Source: Callorhinchus milii (lineage: Eukaryota). Taken from it: a stretch of 64,000 bases of DNA. The stretch spans positions 126,358,001 to 126,422,000 of the forward strand of contig NW_024704742.1 in the NCBI RefSeq assembly GCF_018977255.1, given 5' to 3'. The translations under genes and the position numbers were made by a program. Numbering within the stretch: position 1 is the first letter of the stretch; each line of letters opens with the position of its first letter. The notes under the pieces were generated by a model. The model was not told where the DNA came from and did not search any database. It saw nothing but the letters and a program-made list of their open reading frames with translations. Below, piece after piece: positions 23,331 to 36,824 of this stretch.

Positions 23331-23632
23331 GGGTCTCCACCATCGGAGGTCAGACCTTCAGTGTCCCCACCCTGTGGAACTCCATCATGGAAGCCCTCCA
23401 CCTATAAAGCCCATAGCACGGAGAGGAGATAATTTAGGCTCTGTAGGTTCAGAAAGCAAAATAATGTTTGCTAAACTTTGCCAATGAGTGGAAGCACTAC
23501 TGTCATTTCTACTGCATGGCCAATTCTCCTGAATGTGCATCAGCCACCTTGTTTGACATAATCAGCTCCAGCAATGAAATGACTGCACCTCAATAAACAA
23601 GAGACATTAGTCAGTCCATAAGGTCTATACAT

Positions 23633-23850
23633 ATAATAATAATAATCCTTGCATTTGATATAGTGCTTTTCACGTTTTCTAGACGTCTCAAAACGCTTCA
23701 CAGAATATACTGTAAAGTGAATTGACCGTATAATTGTGGGCAAAACGCGGCAGCCAATTGTGCACAGCAGTGTCCCACGAACAGTTGTGGATTGATTGAA
23801 CAAATTATTACTGTTTTTTATGAAGGATTATTATCCTCGGAAAAGTGATC
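23633..23850 (-). mobile_element. SINE 3' portion (long form)
   Basis: ATCCTTGCATTTGATATAG..CAGCCAATTGTGCACAGCAGTGTCCC. Confidence 0.85.
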
Positions 23851-26119
23851 CATATTATATATTATAATAAGTAAACCAGATGAAGACTCAGAACAAAAGG
23901 CAAGTCACATGTAAAACAGAATTCGAAAGAGAATGTATATTATTGAAATGCTTGCATTTGATATTGTGCCTTACCACATCATTAAGCCGTCTTAAATTGC
24001 TTCAAAGGACACACTGTAAAGTGATGTAACATGCATTTTTTGCGGGCAAAAGTATTGCACCAGAAAGCAATAGATATGGAATCGACTGAGTGGTTCAAAT
24101 AGGAGATGGATAGATACATAGAAAGTATAAATATTTTTTAAAATGGCGAGACACCTGGAAGTGGTGGTACAAAGGGCAGTGAAATGATCTTGGTGGAGTG
24201 GTCCCGATGGGCTGAATAGCCTCTCCAGGTGATTGAATTCCTGCAATACCACAAAAACTACTATTGATTATGGAGCTCCTCACTGCCGCACACCACTTGA
24301 AGAATGGAAATAATGTAACGTATTTGCTTGCTTAAAACAAAATTGATCATTCACTTCATGGCTGTTTGTGGGACATCGCTGTGCACAAATTGACTGCCAC
24401 ATTCTCCCACAAAACACACAACTTTACAGTATGATGCACTTTGAGACATCCTCCTGTTGTGCTAGACACAATGCCAAATGAAAGGATTATTATTATATTC
24501 AGAAAATGCCAATAGAAAACAAGGTTCCAAAATAACATGTCAGCACACAATATAGGAAATCTCTACAAATCCTTTGAATTTTTCCACCACATCGGTTCCC
24601 TTTCAATTGTTATAATACTTACATTTAATAAAGCATCTTTTATATCAGGAGGGTATCCCAAAGCACTTAACCGGTTACACTACAAAGTGTTAAGGTGTGG
24701 ATATGCAAACAAATAATACAACAGCAAATTGCATTTATAGAGCCCCTTTCATATCGGGAGGACCAAGGCGCTCTATCAATACAATTAATCAATGCAACAA
24801 AAATAATAATAATTATTTTTCAATTATTGCCACATTCTTGTGAAAGTATTCATAAGACTTGCAAGGGGTTAAATAAAAGCCATTAGTTAAACTGTAGACT
24901 GTAGGTGATGTTGGAAAGGGCAGACCTTAAATGTAATTTTAAGAGTTTTTGCAGTCAACCTATCACATTCATTTCTGCCTTTTCAGGACATGTTCAGTTA
25001 ACGCCGAGACATTTTTAGCTGATCGCAAACATGACTCCACTGTTTTATAACTTCACCCACTCACTGAGTTATTTCCATGTCTCCAAGTATCTGTTGCCCC
25101 TCATGTTTGTCACTCACCATTTCCTAGAGCTTATAGTCAGTGAAAACAATCCTCAGCTAGTTTATAAGGTCAAATAGAAGAGGAATTTTATACAAAACCA
25201 ATATTTTTGCTTATTGTCAACAACAATATTTGAAGCAAGCAAATACAACAAGTATGTATGAAGTTCCTGTGGTTTCATAATCTTTCCGTTGCCTGTAAAC
25301 ATACAAATTCTCTTCCTCACCCCCAAACCAAACACATTTCCCCTTCCTATTTTAAGCCTCCCCCAAAAAATGTGCTGAACGCTTTTTAAAAAAAAAGCCC
25401 CCCAAAATGTACATCCTGCTTATTAAAGGAGATTTAAAGTAGTTGTCTGCTTTAATCCCTGGGGAATGTTACTGATAGTATTAATCATGTTATTGAAAAA
25501 TGCAGCCAACTTGGCTAGTAAATACAGCAACTTGCATTCCCTTCACTCAAGGCAGCGTCTCGGAGCACTTGGTAAACGACATCAAGTGGTTCTTAGGCAT
25601 TTCTCCAACCCACCACAATGGTTGGACACAGCCAGCCTTTCAATTTGTACACCTGTGTAACATGGCATTGGAGTCCCATTAGATTCAGTGAGTTAATTGG
25701 ATGTCAAATTTATCCATCAGACATCTCACAAACTAGTATTAATAATTATAATCCTTCCATTTGAAGGAGCGGCTTTCACATCAGGAGGAGATTTTCACAG
25801 GATTTGCTATAATGTGTAATAGCTGTGTACTTTGTAGGCAAACCCACCAGCTAATTTGAGCAAGGTAATGTCCCACAAAAAATCATGAAGTGAATGATCA
25901 ATTTTATCTGGGGGATTGTTGGCCAGACAACTGGGAGAAACTTTGTTCACTTTTCCGCAGACCAGACGATGTGTTATCAAATGCATTTTTTTGAGCAATA
26001 TATCATTTAATCAACACCAGTATTAATTAATATTTCACAGCTTGCAATTTTCATTTCTGTACAGGAAGGAAAGGATTTCTTTCTGGGAAATAGTTCAACA
26101 TAGCCATTTTACTTCCATG

Positions 26120-26480
26120 TAAATAATAATACTAGCATTTGAATTAGCATTTTTATTGTGTAAAAACATTTTAAAGCATTCACAGTAATTACTATTAAGT
26201 GTTGTGACTGTGTTGGTAAGAAAATGTGTTAGCTAGTTTGCTCAAGCAATGTCCCACAAATAGGAGGTGAATAACAAATGTATCTGGAGAATTGTTGGTC
26301 AGGGCACTAGGAGAAACCCTCTTCTCTTTTCAAACAGAGTCATGGGTTCCTTAACGTCCACCTGGAAAGGGAGACAGGAGCTTGGTTTAACTTCTCATCT
26401 GAAGGATGGCACCTCAAGTAGTGCAGTGCTCCCCCAACACTGCAGTGAAGCATCAGCCTAGACTATGAGCTCCAAGTCCC
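26120..26480 (-). mobile_element. Old DeuSINE
   Basis: CATGGGTTCCTTAACGTCCACCTG..GGTTTAACTTCTCATCTGAAGGATGGCACCTC. Confidence 0.75.
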
Positions 26481-26819
26481 CAATGTGCATGTACATGCCT
26501 CTCATCTCCATAACAATTTAATACAATTTTTGGTCACACGGACCCGCCACTCCCTTGCGACTGTCACAAAATGTGCATTTCTTCTGTGGACACAAAACAA
26601 GCCAGTGCATTGCATTCAACAGAAGCTCAAAGATTCCAAGTTATAACCCAAAATACGAATATCAGCCTGAAGCAGGTCTATTTGAGTGTAACATTTGATT
26701 TGCCATCTATCCCACAAATCACACAACAGCAAAATTCACAGCTGAATAGCCCAATTCAAAAGCACTGCATTCACACAACACAAACTCCTCCACTCTAACC
26801 CACTCTATCCAGTGATATT

Positions 26820-27210
26820 CCACACGGTGCTTGTTGCAAAATGTGACGAGATATTCTTTCTTGTCAATTGACGTTTACACCTCTATCATCTTGTCGGTAC
26901 AGTGAAGGGACGAAAACAAAACTAGTCCTCGAATTTATGATGGACACAATGTGCAAAAATGCTGCTGCTTCAACAGCTGGGAGCTGGCTTCTGCATTGCT
27001 TTAAGCTTGTCTTGTGTGCCCCTTAGTAAGATGAAAGTGGACGGATGGGGTGTGTCAGTAGCAATTTCATTAGGAATAATATATTTTGTCAGTGGCACGA
27101 AATTTAATTTGCACACGTGAACGGATAGCTTCCCGTCGCAATCCAGATGTCTTGCCATCACTGCACTCTATGGTTCCAATTCCAGATGTATGTTGCTGTA
27201 AATGACAAGA
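26820..27210. promoter_or_regulatory. Candidate conserved non-coding element or enhancer
   Basis: About 12 CpGs in ~330 bp of non-repeat DNA within a ~1.7-kb TE-free block, with Fox/Sox/Hox-like words (GTTTACA, ACAATG, TTTATG). Conservation not tested. Confidence 0.3.
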
Positions 27211-28227
27211 AGATGTGGAGAGGCTGATGTGGTATTTCCTGAAAATGACCATTTATAAAGAGCCTCTATTGAAGTCTACAATTAGAAAAGCCATTATGGG
27301 CGCATTGCAAATTCATAAAAGTCATTACAAGATATTACAGCAAGTATTGCAAAGTATTAAAAGAAAAAAAGACTATGAAACTAGAAACTGTCGTAGTTAA
27401 AAAGTTAACTTCTATTGGGTAGAGGAGTTAAAGACAGTAAAACGCATAATAAATAACCAGCTCCTACTCTGCTGTCAACTTACAAGTCTAGCCATCATTC
27501 TAAGTGAGGGGAATGGCAGTGGAATCCAATCCGGTAAAACAGAAAGAAACGTATAAGCTATCACTGGTCTCACAATAGGAGAGTTCCTTTTATATTCGGA
27601 CTCTTCAAATGCTGAAAAAGCTTTCTTGCAAAGCATTTATCAGAAAGCTGATATTAACTTGCTAAAAAGAAAATCCTGTGCCTAATCCTGTTGCGATGAT
27701 AAACCCTGAAAAGAAATGTACAGATGAACCCAGTCAAATGTGATGGTGGCCTTTGATGATGGTATTTAGTTACCCATTCAGCTTTTTCTTTTGCAATTCA
27801 AGTACATTAGATTTGAAACTGCAAGTGAGTTACCACCCTTTGAGAATCGAGAATGCAGGTTTAGAAATAAGCAGTATAAGCTTGCTGCAGTCTGTCTCTC
27901 TCTTCCCTCCTTCTGTATGTTAGAAATGGTTTGTTAAGGTATATAATAGCTTCACATCAGAAAATGTTTTTAACTCTTATTTGTCTCTTCATTTTTGTCG
28001 GTGCTACTAGCAGGTAATACAGTGAGAGAGTGAAGTGAAACCTTCAGGTGACTTTTAAACTCAAATCAGCCTCAACTACTCAGAATGCGATTCCAAAGAT
28101 AAAACATTTGAATTCTATTGATCATCCTTATGGACATTCCAATGTCTCTGTAGTGGTTTCATAGAGGCGTTCAACTTATTTAGGTTTCTTTTAGGTGCAA
28201 CATACTGTATTTTTGTTGGCTATAACT

Positions 28228-28725
28228 ATAATAATAATGCATGAATTTGATAATTCATTCTGATCACATCAGAATATCTCAAATTGCTTCAAAAATATTT
28301 AGAGTGTAGTGTAGTAACTGTGTATTTGTAGGCAAATACAGCAGCCAATTTCACACAGCAATGTCCCACAAAGAGCCATGAAGTGAATATTATTTTATCT
28401 TGGAGATTATTGTCCAGGACACCAGGAGTATACATCAGGACTCTATGTGAATAGTGACACTATTCAGATTCTTTAGCATCCATCAAAAGAGTCAGACGGC
28501 ACCATGGTTTAATGTCTCCAGTGCCTGGGACATGCTCCTGATGTGAAATCACTGTACAAATGTAATTTATTGTTGTTGCTGTTGTTGTCTCATCTAAAGG
28601 ACTCACATCCAGTAATGGAACACGCCCCCAAGCACTATACTGGATTGTCAGCCTAGATTATAAGATCAAATTCCTAATATTGGTATTGAACCCACAACCT
28701 TCTGAATCAGAGGGGAGAATGCAAT
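28228..28725 (-). mobile_element. Old DeuSINE, full length, with a nested ~70-bp L2 tail
   Basis: Head TTGAACCCACAACCTTCTGAATCAGAGG. The L2 tail at 28519-28585 is flanked by TGTCTC duplicates. Confidence 0.8.
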
Positions 28726-29589
28726 GATGTACATATATGATTATGATTATTATTTCCTGAATACCTCTCCTCCTCACTACATCTTATTCATTTTCTGAAT
28801 CAAAGTGATCTTATAAGTAACAGGTTGTAAAAGTAAAAGTATGACCACTCGGTTACCTTTTATAAATAACTTGATCAGTAATTGCACAGTTCCTTAAAGG
28901 TAAATTTTCACCTACAAAGTATACAGTCAATTCATTTGCAGTGTATTCTGTGAAGTGCTTTGAGATGATGTGATAAGGCACTGTATCAAATGCAAGGATT
29001 ATTATTAATAATAAATGCTCGGTTAACGCTTACAAAAGGAGAAATTCCAAGTAGGACTAGATTTTCAGAGTGTCCAGAATTATGAAAATGGTTGAATTTA
29101 GACTTAATACTGAAATGTTTTTCTGTTATATCGTTTTTAAATACCATAAGAATTTGCAAAATTCGGGTTCCTGTTTCTGAGTACTATAATAATCCTTGTA
29201 CTTGATATAGTGCCTTATCACATCGTCGAGATGTCTCAAAGCGCTTCAGAGGATTTTACTGAGGAGGGTTGGAGATGGCCAAAAGCACACACGAAAAGAT
29301 AGAATCTTAAGGCAGGTTGTGAAGATGAAGAGGGAGAAGGTGAGGCGGAGATGGAGTTCCAGAGAGCAGGGCTGAAATTCAATCTGTTCAGGGATATGGA
29401 GTCAAACGATAATACTATACAAGGATGTGTGTATATAAGGCTGCTGAAATTGTAATTATAATAGTTATAATAATAATCTTTGCATTTGATATAACGCCTT
29501 ATTACATCTTTGAGACATCTCAAAGCGCTTCACAGAGTATACCGTAAAGTGAATTGACTGTATTTTGTGGGCGAATGCTTAGAAAATAA

Positions 29590-29990
29590 AAACATTGTCA
29601 CTATAAGTATTTGAATACCTTATCACATTGAAATTTTTCTAAGAATTTTACACATGAAGCGCAGTCACTGTTTTTAGGCAATCACAACACCTATTTGCAC
29701 CAACAAGAAGTCATAAACAGGCATAAGGTGAATGGTTAATTAAACTGGTGAACTCCTAGCCAGGACACTGGGAGAAATTCCCTTTTCTTTTCAAAGTGCT
29801 AAGGGATCTTTAACATCCACCAAGCAGACAGATGGGACGTTAGTTTATCATTTCATCTGAAGGACAGCACCTCCGACAATACGGAACCCCTTAGTGTTGC
29901 ATTGGAGGGTCAACCTAGTCCTAAATTGGAGCTTCGACCCATGACCTTCAGAGCCAGAGATGAGAGTGCTATGGACTGAATCATGCTAAC
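29590..29990 (-). mobile_element. Old DeuSINE
   Basis: GGGATCTTTAACATCCAC..CATCTGAAGGACAGCACCTCCGACAAT; head ACCTTCAGAGCCAGAGATGAGAGTGCT. Confidence 0.75.
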
Positions 29991-31409
29991 AACTGGGGAA
30001 ATTTGTGATGTGTTATGCAACAACTATCACCATTGATAACTTTCACATTAAATATCCCACATATACTCCTCCCCCAATTTATAAACGGCATTGGCCTTGC
30101 ATTTACTTGATGCCTATGTGGTTCTTTGTTTCAGAATGTGTCTCCCATGTCTCTCTAAGCAGTTCTTGTCAGTCTCTCCCTCCTTTCTCAGTCTCTCGCC
30201 TTTCTCTGTTCCGATTACTTTCTCTCTTCTTTCAGGTTAAGAAGTTGCAAAAAGCTGTTTGAAGAAGGAAATAAAACAATCTCAAGCTAGCTTCAATCTC
30301 TGCATTTTTTAAATCTCATCAAGATTAAGCAATTTATTTTCTCATTTCCTGCCATAGTTGGTTCAGATTCCACTGTAAGTTTATAATAATAATAATCTGA
30401 ACAATAATATATTTTGCGTTTCATATAGCGGGGGATTCTTTGACCAGGTTTTATGGTAATATGTGCTACACCATTTGTCATCATTTTAACTTTGGTCTGA
30501 GTACCTGCACAGAAAGAGTCAACACTTCATAACTGAGGTGTTTCTTTTATAGCTTTTGCTTTGATGGTTCTTCAAAACTTTTCATCTCGTACAAGATTAA
30601 AGCAGCCAGATCTGGTAATTTTGTCCTGACTATGATGTGGTATCTTTAAAGGCAAACAAGCCTTCAATGAAAATATGAAATATCTATTTGAAAGCAAAGA
30701 TCTGTACTATTATTTCAGTTATTTTAAACGTGCCTTTCTTTTGGTTATGTATATTGATTTATACACAATGATATTTGTTAAGATCTGAGTAAAATGAGCT
30801 TCTAAATATCTAGGAACAATACCGCTCAATATAACAGGACGCTGAAATGTGACCATATTGGCAATGGGTTACAATGTTTCTCTGGCTCATTGGGATCAAC
30901 TTTGTATCTTAATAAAAAAGTGGAGTTAAAATAGGAAATAGCAATCGATGTAGCCATGCCAGCATTAATAATAATAATAATAATAATAATCCTTGCATTT
31001 GATATAGCGCTTTTCACGTCGGGAGGACGTCCCAAAGCGCTTCACAGAATACACTGTAAAGTGAATTGACTGAATTGATCGCTGAGTACAGTATATTTAG
31101 GGCTGCTACTTTTAAATGTTATTGTATTTAAATTTTTGACAGATATCAACTTTTTTTTACTTTATTTTATTTTTTAGCCATCTTTTGAGTACAAAAATTG
31201 CCGATTTCCAGGTGGTAAGGTTGCCATAGACAGCATTTCCTGAATGCTGAACAAGGGCAGGCTTAATATTATTTGTTCCATGTCTCAATTCCCAAGTCAG
31301 GATTTGAGTACTTAGTCTACACTCTTAAGCATGGTGTTTCTATTCACATAGAAACGTAGAAATTTACAGCGCTGAAGGAAGCTATTCTGTCCTGCACTGG
31401 CTCATAGAA

Positions 31410-32381
31410 CAACAACAACAACAACAACAAGATTCCATTTATAAAGCGCCTTTCACGTCAGGAGGACGTCCCAAGGCGCTGCACAGTTGGGTCATGACCC
31501 GAGCAGGGGGAAATGGTCAGGGAGGGAGAGAGCGAGGAGGGGGGAAATGGTCAGGGTGAGGGGAGGGAAGGGAGGGAGCGAGGAGGGGGAAGAGAGTCGA
31601 GAGGGGAGCTGAAGGCTCGGTCAAAGAGAAAGGTTTTGAGACCGGCCTTGAAGGAGGAAAGGGAGGAAGCAAGGCGAAGGCACTGGGGGATAGAGTTCCA
31701 GAGCCTAGGGGCTGAGAGGCTGAAGGCCCGACCACCGATGGTAGGGCGGTTGGGGCGGGGGACGTGGAGCAGACCGGAGCCAGAGGAACGGAGGGTACGG
31801 GCAGGTAGGTAGGGGGATAGTAGGTTGGAGAGGTAGGAGGGAGCAAGGCCATGAATGGCCTTGTAGGTGAGGATGAGGATCTTGAAATCAATCCTCTGGG
31901 GGATGGGGAGCCAGTGGAGGCGAGCGAGGGTGGGAGTGATGTGGTCCCGAAGCCTGGTGCGGGACAGTACACGAGCTGCAGAGTTCTGAATGACCTGCAG
32001 CTTGTGGAGGGAGGTGGCGGGAAGGCCGACGAGGAGAGTGTTCCCATATCCAGCCTTGAGGTGACAAAGGCGTGAACCAGGGTTTCAGCAGCGTGAGGGG
32101 TGAGGTAATGCCGTAGTCTGGCGATGTTCCGGAGGTGATGGAAGGCGGTGCCAGTTGTGGTGCGGATGTGAGGGAGAAAGGACAGCTCAGGGTCGAACAA
32201 AACGCCGAGGTTCCTGACTGGCTTTGCGAGGTGGAGAGTGCAGCCTTGGATGCTGATGGTGTCAGCGCCTGAGGTGCGGAGGCGCTGACGTGAGCCAATC
32301 AGGAGGGCCTCGGTTTTTCGCACGTTGAGCTGAAGAAAGTTGTCTCTCGTCCAGGACTCGATGTCGGACAGGCAGGCTGTC
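31410..32381 (-). mobile_element. Young 5'-truncated L2 with a 31-bp TSD
   Basis: CTATTCTGTCCTGCACTGGCTCATAGAACAA at 31382-31412 and 32382-32412. The ORF2 C-terminus has one frameshift near RLDYG. Confidence 0.95.
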
Positions 32382-33134
32382 CTATTCTGTCCTGCACTGG
32401 CTCATAGAACAAGGACATTGCTTCAATCCCACCACCTCGTACATACCCCTTCAAGACCCCCTCTTTCATATCCCTGTCTACTTCCTTCTTGATAGCTATA
32501 GTGGACTCTGCCTCCCCCACCTACCTGACAGGGTGTTGCACATTCCAATAACTCTCTGAGTGAAAAAATCCTTTCTGAGTTCTGATTTCGCTTTTCTTGT
32601 GCCTATCGTTATAACAATGGCCCCTAGTTACTAACTTCCCTGTCAATGGAAATAACTTCTCCCTATTTACCCTGTCAAAAACCCTCATAACTTTGTGGAC
32701 CTCAGTCTGGTCCCCCTTAACCTTGTCTGCTCCAATCTCTCCTCATGACTGTAGCTCTTCATCCCCAGAAACATTTTCGTAAACCTCCTCGGCACCCCCT
32801 CTAATTAATATCTTTCCATCTGAAGTGAGATGCCCAGAACTGGACGCAATACTCCAGTTGCAGCCTAATCAATGATTTATACTGACTTAGCATTATTGCT
32901 TTACTTTTGTACTCTGTACCCCTGTGTATAAAAACCCAGCATACTATTATCTTTCTTTACAGCCTTTGTCACTTGCGATGCCACTTTCAATGACCTATGT
33001 ACCTGCACTCTCAAACTCCTTTGCTCCTCAGCTCTTTGCAGGACACTGCCATTCACGAAATACTCCCTCCCCTTGTTTTTTCTACCAAATTGAATAAATT
33101 CACATTTCCATTGAACTTGATCAGCACATTGCGG

Positions 33135-33490
33135 TAGCAGATACAGAGAAGCTATTTCCTCTGGTGGAGGAAGCCAAAACAAGGAACATAGTCTTAAAAT
33201 TAGAACCAGGTCATTTAAGAGTGAAATCAGGAAGCATTTTTCACTCAAAGGGTGGTAGAAATCTGTAATTCTCTCTTCCAAAAAGCTGTGGTTGCTGGAT
33301 CCACCCACACCTTCTCGAGTGAGGTTGATAGATTTTTGGAAGGTCAGGGTATTAAGGAATATGGGAGAAAAGTGGGAAATTCGAATTGATAGGATTAGTT
33401 GAGGTACAGATTAGCCGTGATCTAATTGAATTGTGGAACAGTTCAAAGGGGTGAATGTCCTACTCCTGTTACTGTGTTCCTATATTCCTA
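33135..33490 (+). mobile_element. CR1 3' end nested in the older CR1
   Basis: GGAACATAGTCTTAAAATTAGA..TTCACTCAAAGGGTGGTAGAAATCTG..CCTACTCCTGTTACT. Confidence 0.88.
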
Positions 33491-33634
33491 ATCTATTTAA
33501 ATCATCTTACAGTCTCTTAACATTCTGATCACTTTTCACTGTACTTCTTAGCCTGGCATGGAGAGACCCCAGCACAGAACCCTGTGACATGCCACTAACT
33601 ATCTTCATCCAGCTGGGAAAATAACCATCCATGG

Positions 33635-34385
33635 TTGCACACTCCATCTTGCTAAGCTAGTCCAGAACCTTGGCATCTTGTTTGACCCTCAACTAACCTT
33701 TCTACCCCACATCTGCGCACACCCGATCTGCCTTCCCCCACCTCCGCAACATCACCCGGCTCCGACACTGTTTCACACCACAGGCCACCGAAACCCTCAT
33801 ACATGTTTTCATTACACCGAGGCTTGACTATGCAAACTCATTGCTTGTCGGCCTCCCCAACTCCTCTCTCCACAGGCTCAGATCATCCAGAACTCTGCAG
33901 CCCCTGTCCTCTCCCACATTAGGCTCTGCAACCCCCATCCTCACCAAACTCCACTGGCTTCCCATCACACAGAGGATACAGTTCAAGATCCTGGTCCTCA
34001 TCTTCAAAGCCCTCCATGGTGTTGCTCCCACCTACCTCTGTGACCTCCTAACCCCCTACCATCCTGCTCACTCTCTCCACTCGGTGGGCTCCGGTCTGCT
34101 TCATGTCCCCCACCTCACTCGCCCCACTATTGGCAGGTGGGCCTTCCGCCACTCTGCCCCCACTCTCTGGAACTCCATCCCGCAGTGCCTCCACCTCACC
34201 CCTCTCTTGTCATCTTCAAGACCCATCTCAAGACCCTCCTCTTTGACCGTGCCTTCAATCTCCCTGCTCCCCCCACTGCCCTCCACCCTCCCCGACCCCA
34301 GCTCGGATTTGATACTCTGTCTGTCCAGTACCTTGGAACGTCCTCCCGACGTGAAAGGCTCTATACAAATGCAATTTTTTTTTTG
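33635..34385 (+). mobile_element. L2 3' fragment nested in CR1
   Basis: The first part of ORF 33841.. is L2 ORF2. The stem-loop is at 34328-34365. Confidence 0.9.
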
Positions 34386-34849
34386 TTTTAACCCTACTCT
34401 TTGCTTTTTATCCTTTAACCAACCTTCTATCAAAATGGCCATGTTTCTCCCTATTCCATGCACGCTTAAGTTTCTTCATCAATTTTCTGCGTGGCACCTT
34501 ATCAGATGCCTTTTGGAAATCCAAATGTACTACATCCGTAGCATTGCCTTGATTGACATTTCCAATTACTACTTCAATTAACTCTATTGAACTGGTCAAA
34601 CATGATCTGCTCTTCACAAATCTGCGCTGACTGTCTCAGATTAACTCATGCCTGTCTAAGTACTTTCTAATCTGATCCCTTATTAGTGCCTCCAACAATT
34701 TACCCACAACTAACGTAAAGCTAACTGGCCTATAGTTCCCTGGCACCCTTCTTAAACAGAGGCACCACATGGGTCGGACATCCGGTTGGACAAAAAAAAA
34801 TGTTCATAGTCCAAGCCCACGTTGTGAAGCAATGAGGCTTTGTTATGGA

Positions 34850-35440
34850 GGTGGTGTCCTTTGGGTTAGATGGTAAATTGTAAATTGAGTGGAGTGCCTC
34901 TCCATTCAGGTGGATGTTAATGAACCCATGACAGGAATCAAAAGAAGAACCAACGTTTTTCCTGGCCAAAAATCCTCTGAGTAATAATAATAATAATAAT
35001 CCTTGCATTTGATATAGCGCTTTTCACGTCAAGAGGATGTCCCAAAGCGTAAAGCGAATTGACTGTATATTTGTGGGCGAACGCGGCAGCCAATTGCGCA
35101 CAGCAATGTTCCACAAACAGTCGTAGATTGAAAATGACCAATTTATTATTGTTTTTGGTTTTGGAGGGATTATTATTAGGCGTGTGGAGTAAGGAAACTT
35201 GCCCAAGGTTTCGCCCTGCCTGGAATTGAACTCAGGTTTCTCGCTTGGAAAGCGAGTGCTCTAACCACTGAGCTACAGGACTCCACAAGATTGGTCACTC
35301 AGCTCATGCTATTTCAGGGGCCTTTTTCGGCCATAAAATATACAGTCATATACTCCAAAGTATTTTATGTGACGCGCTTTTAGATGTCTCAAAGATGTGA
35401 TTAGCCGCTATATCAAATGCAAGGATTATTGTTATTATTA
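34850..35440 (+). mobile_element. Old DeuSINE interrupted by a young SINE
   Basis: CAGGTGGATGTTAATGAACCCATG..CCTGGCCAA before 34983, then ATTGGTCACTC..tail after 35288. Confidence 0.7.
34983..35286 (-). mobile_element. Young tRNA(Ala)-like SINE
   Basis: Full length, with a small deletion near the tail. Confidence 0.93.
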
Positions 35441-35569
35441 TATTTGTTCTTGTTTTACTTGATAGGGAGAAGATTTCCAGAAATTATCCACGAGGAAGCC
35501 ACACAACCTCTGAATAAATGGGTCCGTCTAGTCAACTGAGGCATGATTGTTTCTTTTAGTCAGATGGGT

Positions 35570-35835
35570 GAAATCATGAAGCATTTTGTCACTCAAAGGG
35601 TGGTAGAAATCTGGAATTCTCTCCCCCAAAAGGCTGTGATGCTGGATCCATCCACACCTTCAAGAGTGAGGTTGATAGATTTTTGATAGGTCAGCGTATT
35701 AGGGACATGTGGAAAAGGCGGGAAATTGGAATTGACAGGATTAGTTGATGTACTAATTAAATTAAGCCATGTTCTAATTAATTGGCGGAACGCTCGAAGG
35801 GCTGAATGGCCTCCTCCTGTTTTTATGTTCCTATG
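35570..35835 (+). mobile_element. CR1 3' end
   Basis: Same subfamily as 33135-33490 (GGGTGGTAGAAATCTGGAATTCTCT..GGCTGAATGGCCTCCTCCTG). Confidence 0.88.
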
Positions 35836-36064
35836 GGTGTCTGACACATGCAGAAACCTGTCACTAGGCTTAAAATAATCCAAACTAGACTGAGAGTTCC
35901 AGATTCAGTGGTGTGATTCTAGAATTTAAACCACTCTGTCAGAGTAAAAGCTGTGACAATGACAAATAGCACCACAACAAGCAGGAAATGAACTTCTTAA
36001 GTCTATAAATCCCAATTCATTCAGTAAACCAGCAGATGTGCTGACTAGTGCTTGGTGAACAGTA

Positions 36065-36655
36065 ATTAAGAATCCTAGCGTTTGATATGGCACGTCAGGG
36101 GGACATCTCAAAGCGCTTCACAGGGTCTACAGTTAAGTGGAGTGACTGGGTATTTTGTAGGTAAAGTGGCAGCCAATTTGCACACAGTAATGTCCCACAA
36201 ACAACGACAACAACTTGTACGGTTACGTGTCAGAGCGCTTAACAGTGACGAAGCCTGACTCCTAGTCTGCGAGTGGAGTGGGGGTGGGGCGGAGGTCACC
36301 GTAAGCATGGTTGATAAGGAAGGTTTTCAGGTAGGACTTGAAAAAGTGGAGAGAGGGGGCAAGGCAGTCAGATTGAAAGAGAGTGTTCCAGAGTTGAAAA
36401 CAGCCGTGAAGTGAATGACTAAATTTATCTGAATGATTCTTGCCCCGCACACTGGGAGAAATTCCCTTCTCTTTTTTAATTGGATTTTTAACGTCCATTT
36501 GAACAGGCAGATGGATACTTGGTTTAACCTTTCACTTCTGAGACTGCAGAATACTCCCAGTAAAGTATTGGAGTGTCAGCCTAGAGTCAACCATGAATTC
36601 AAAGTACTAATGTGGGGATGAACTAACAAGCTTCTCGCTCAGAGGCAAGAGTGCG
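36065..36655 (-). mobile_element. Old DeuSINE with a nested L2 fragment (~36200-36398)
   Basis: Deu motifs lie on both sides of an L2 3' piece inserted at CCCACAAACA. Confidence 0.7.
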
Positions 36656-36824
36656 ACGAGGTTAGCAGTTGCAAAAAAACAAGAAAGACATGTGTTACAG
36701 AAAGTTTAATATGCATCATCATTTAAGAAGTAGATTGCATCAGAGCAGAGTCCCCAAAGGGTAAGGGTGATGTAAGTTCTGTTACCAGAAGAAGTCCCCA
36801 TTCACATCTAGATTTACTCTATTC

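Larger units (their letters stand above)
31347..34775 (-). mobile_element. Old CR1 LINE ORF2 (RT to 3' end) broken by three nested insertions
   Basis: Continuous across the inserts: DVVHLDFQKASDKVP..KQRVGL / SGMSQGSVLG..DDLNRL / KCEFIQFGRKNKGREY..QVTKAVKK..; terminal repeat at ~31350. Confidence 0.85.
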
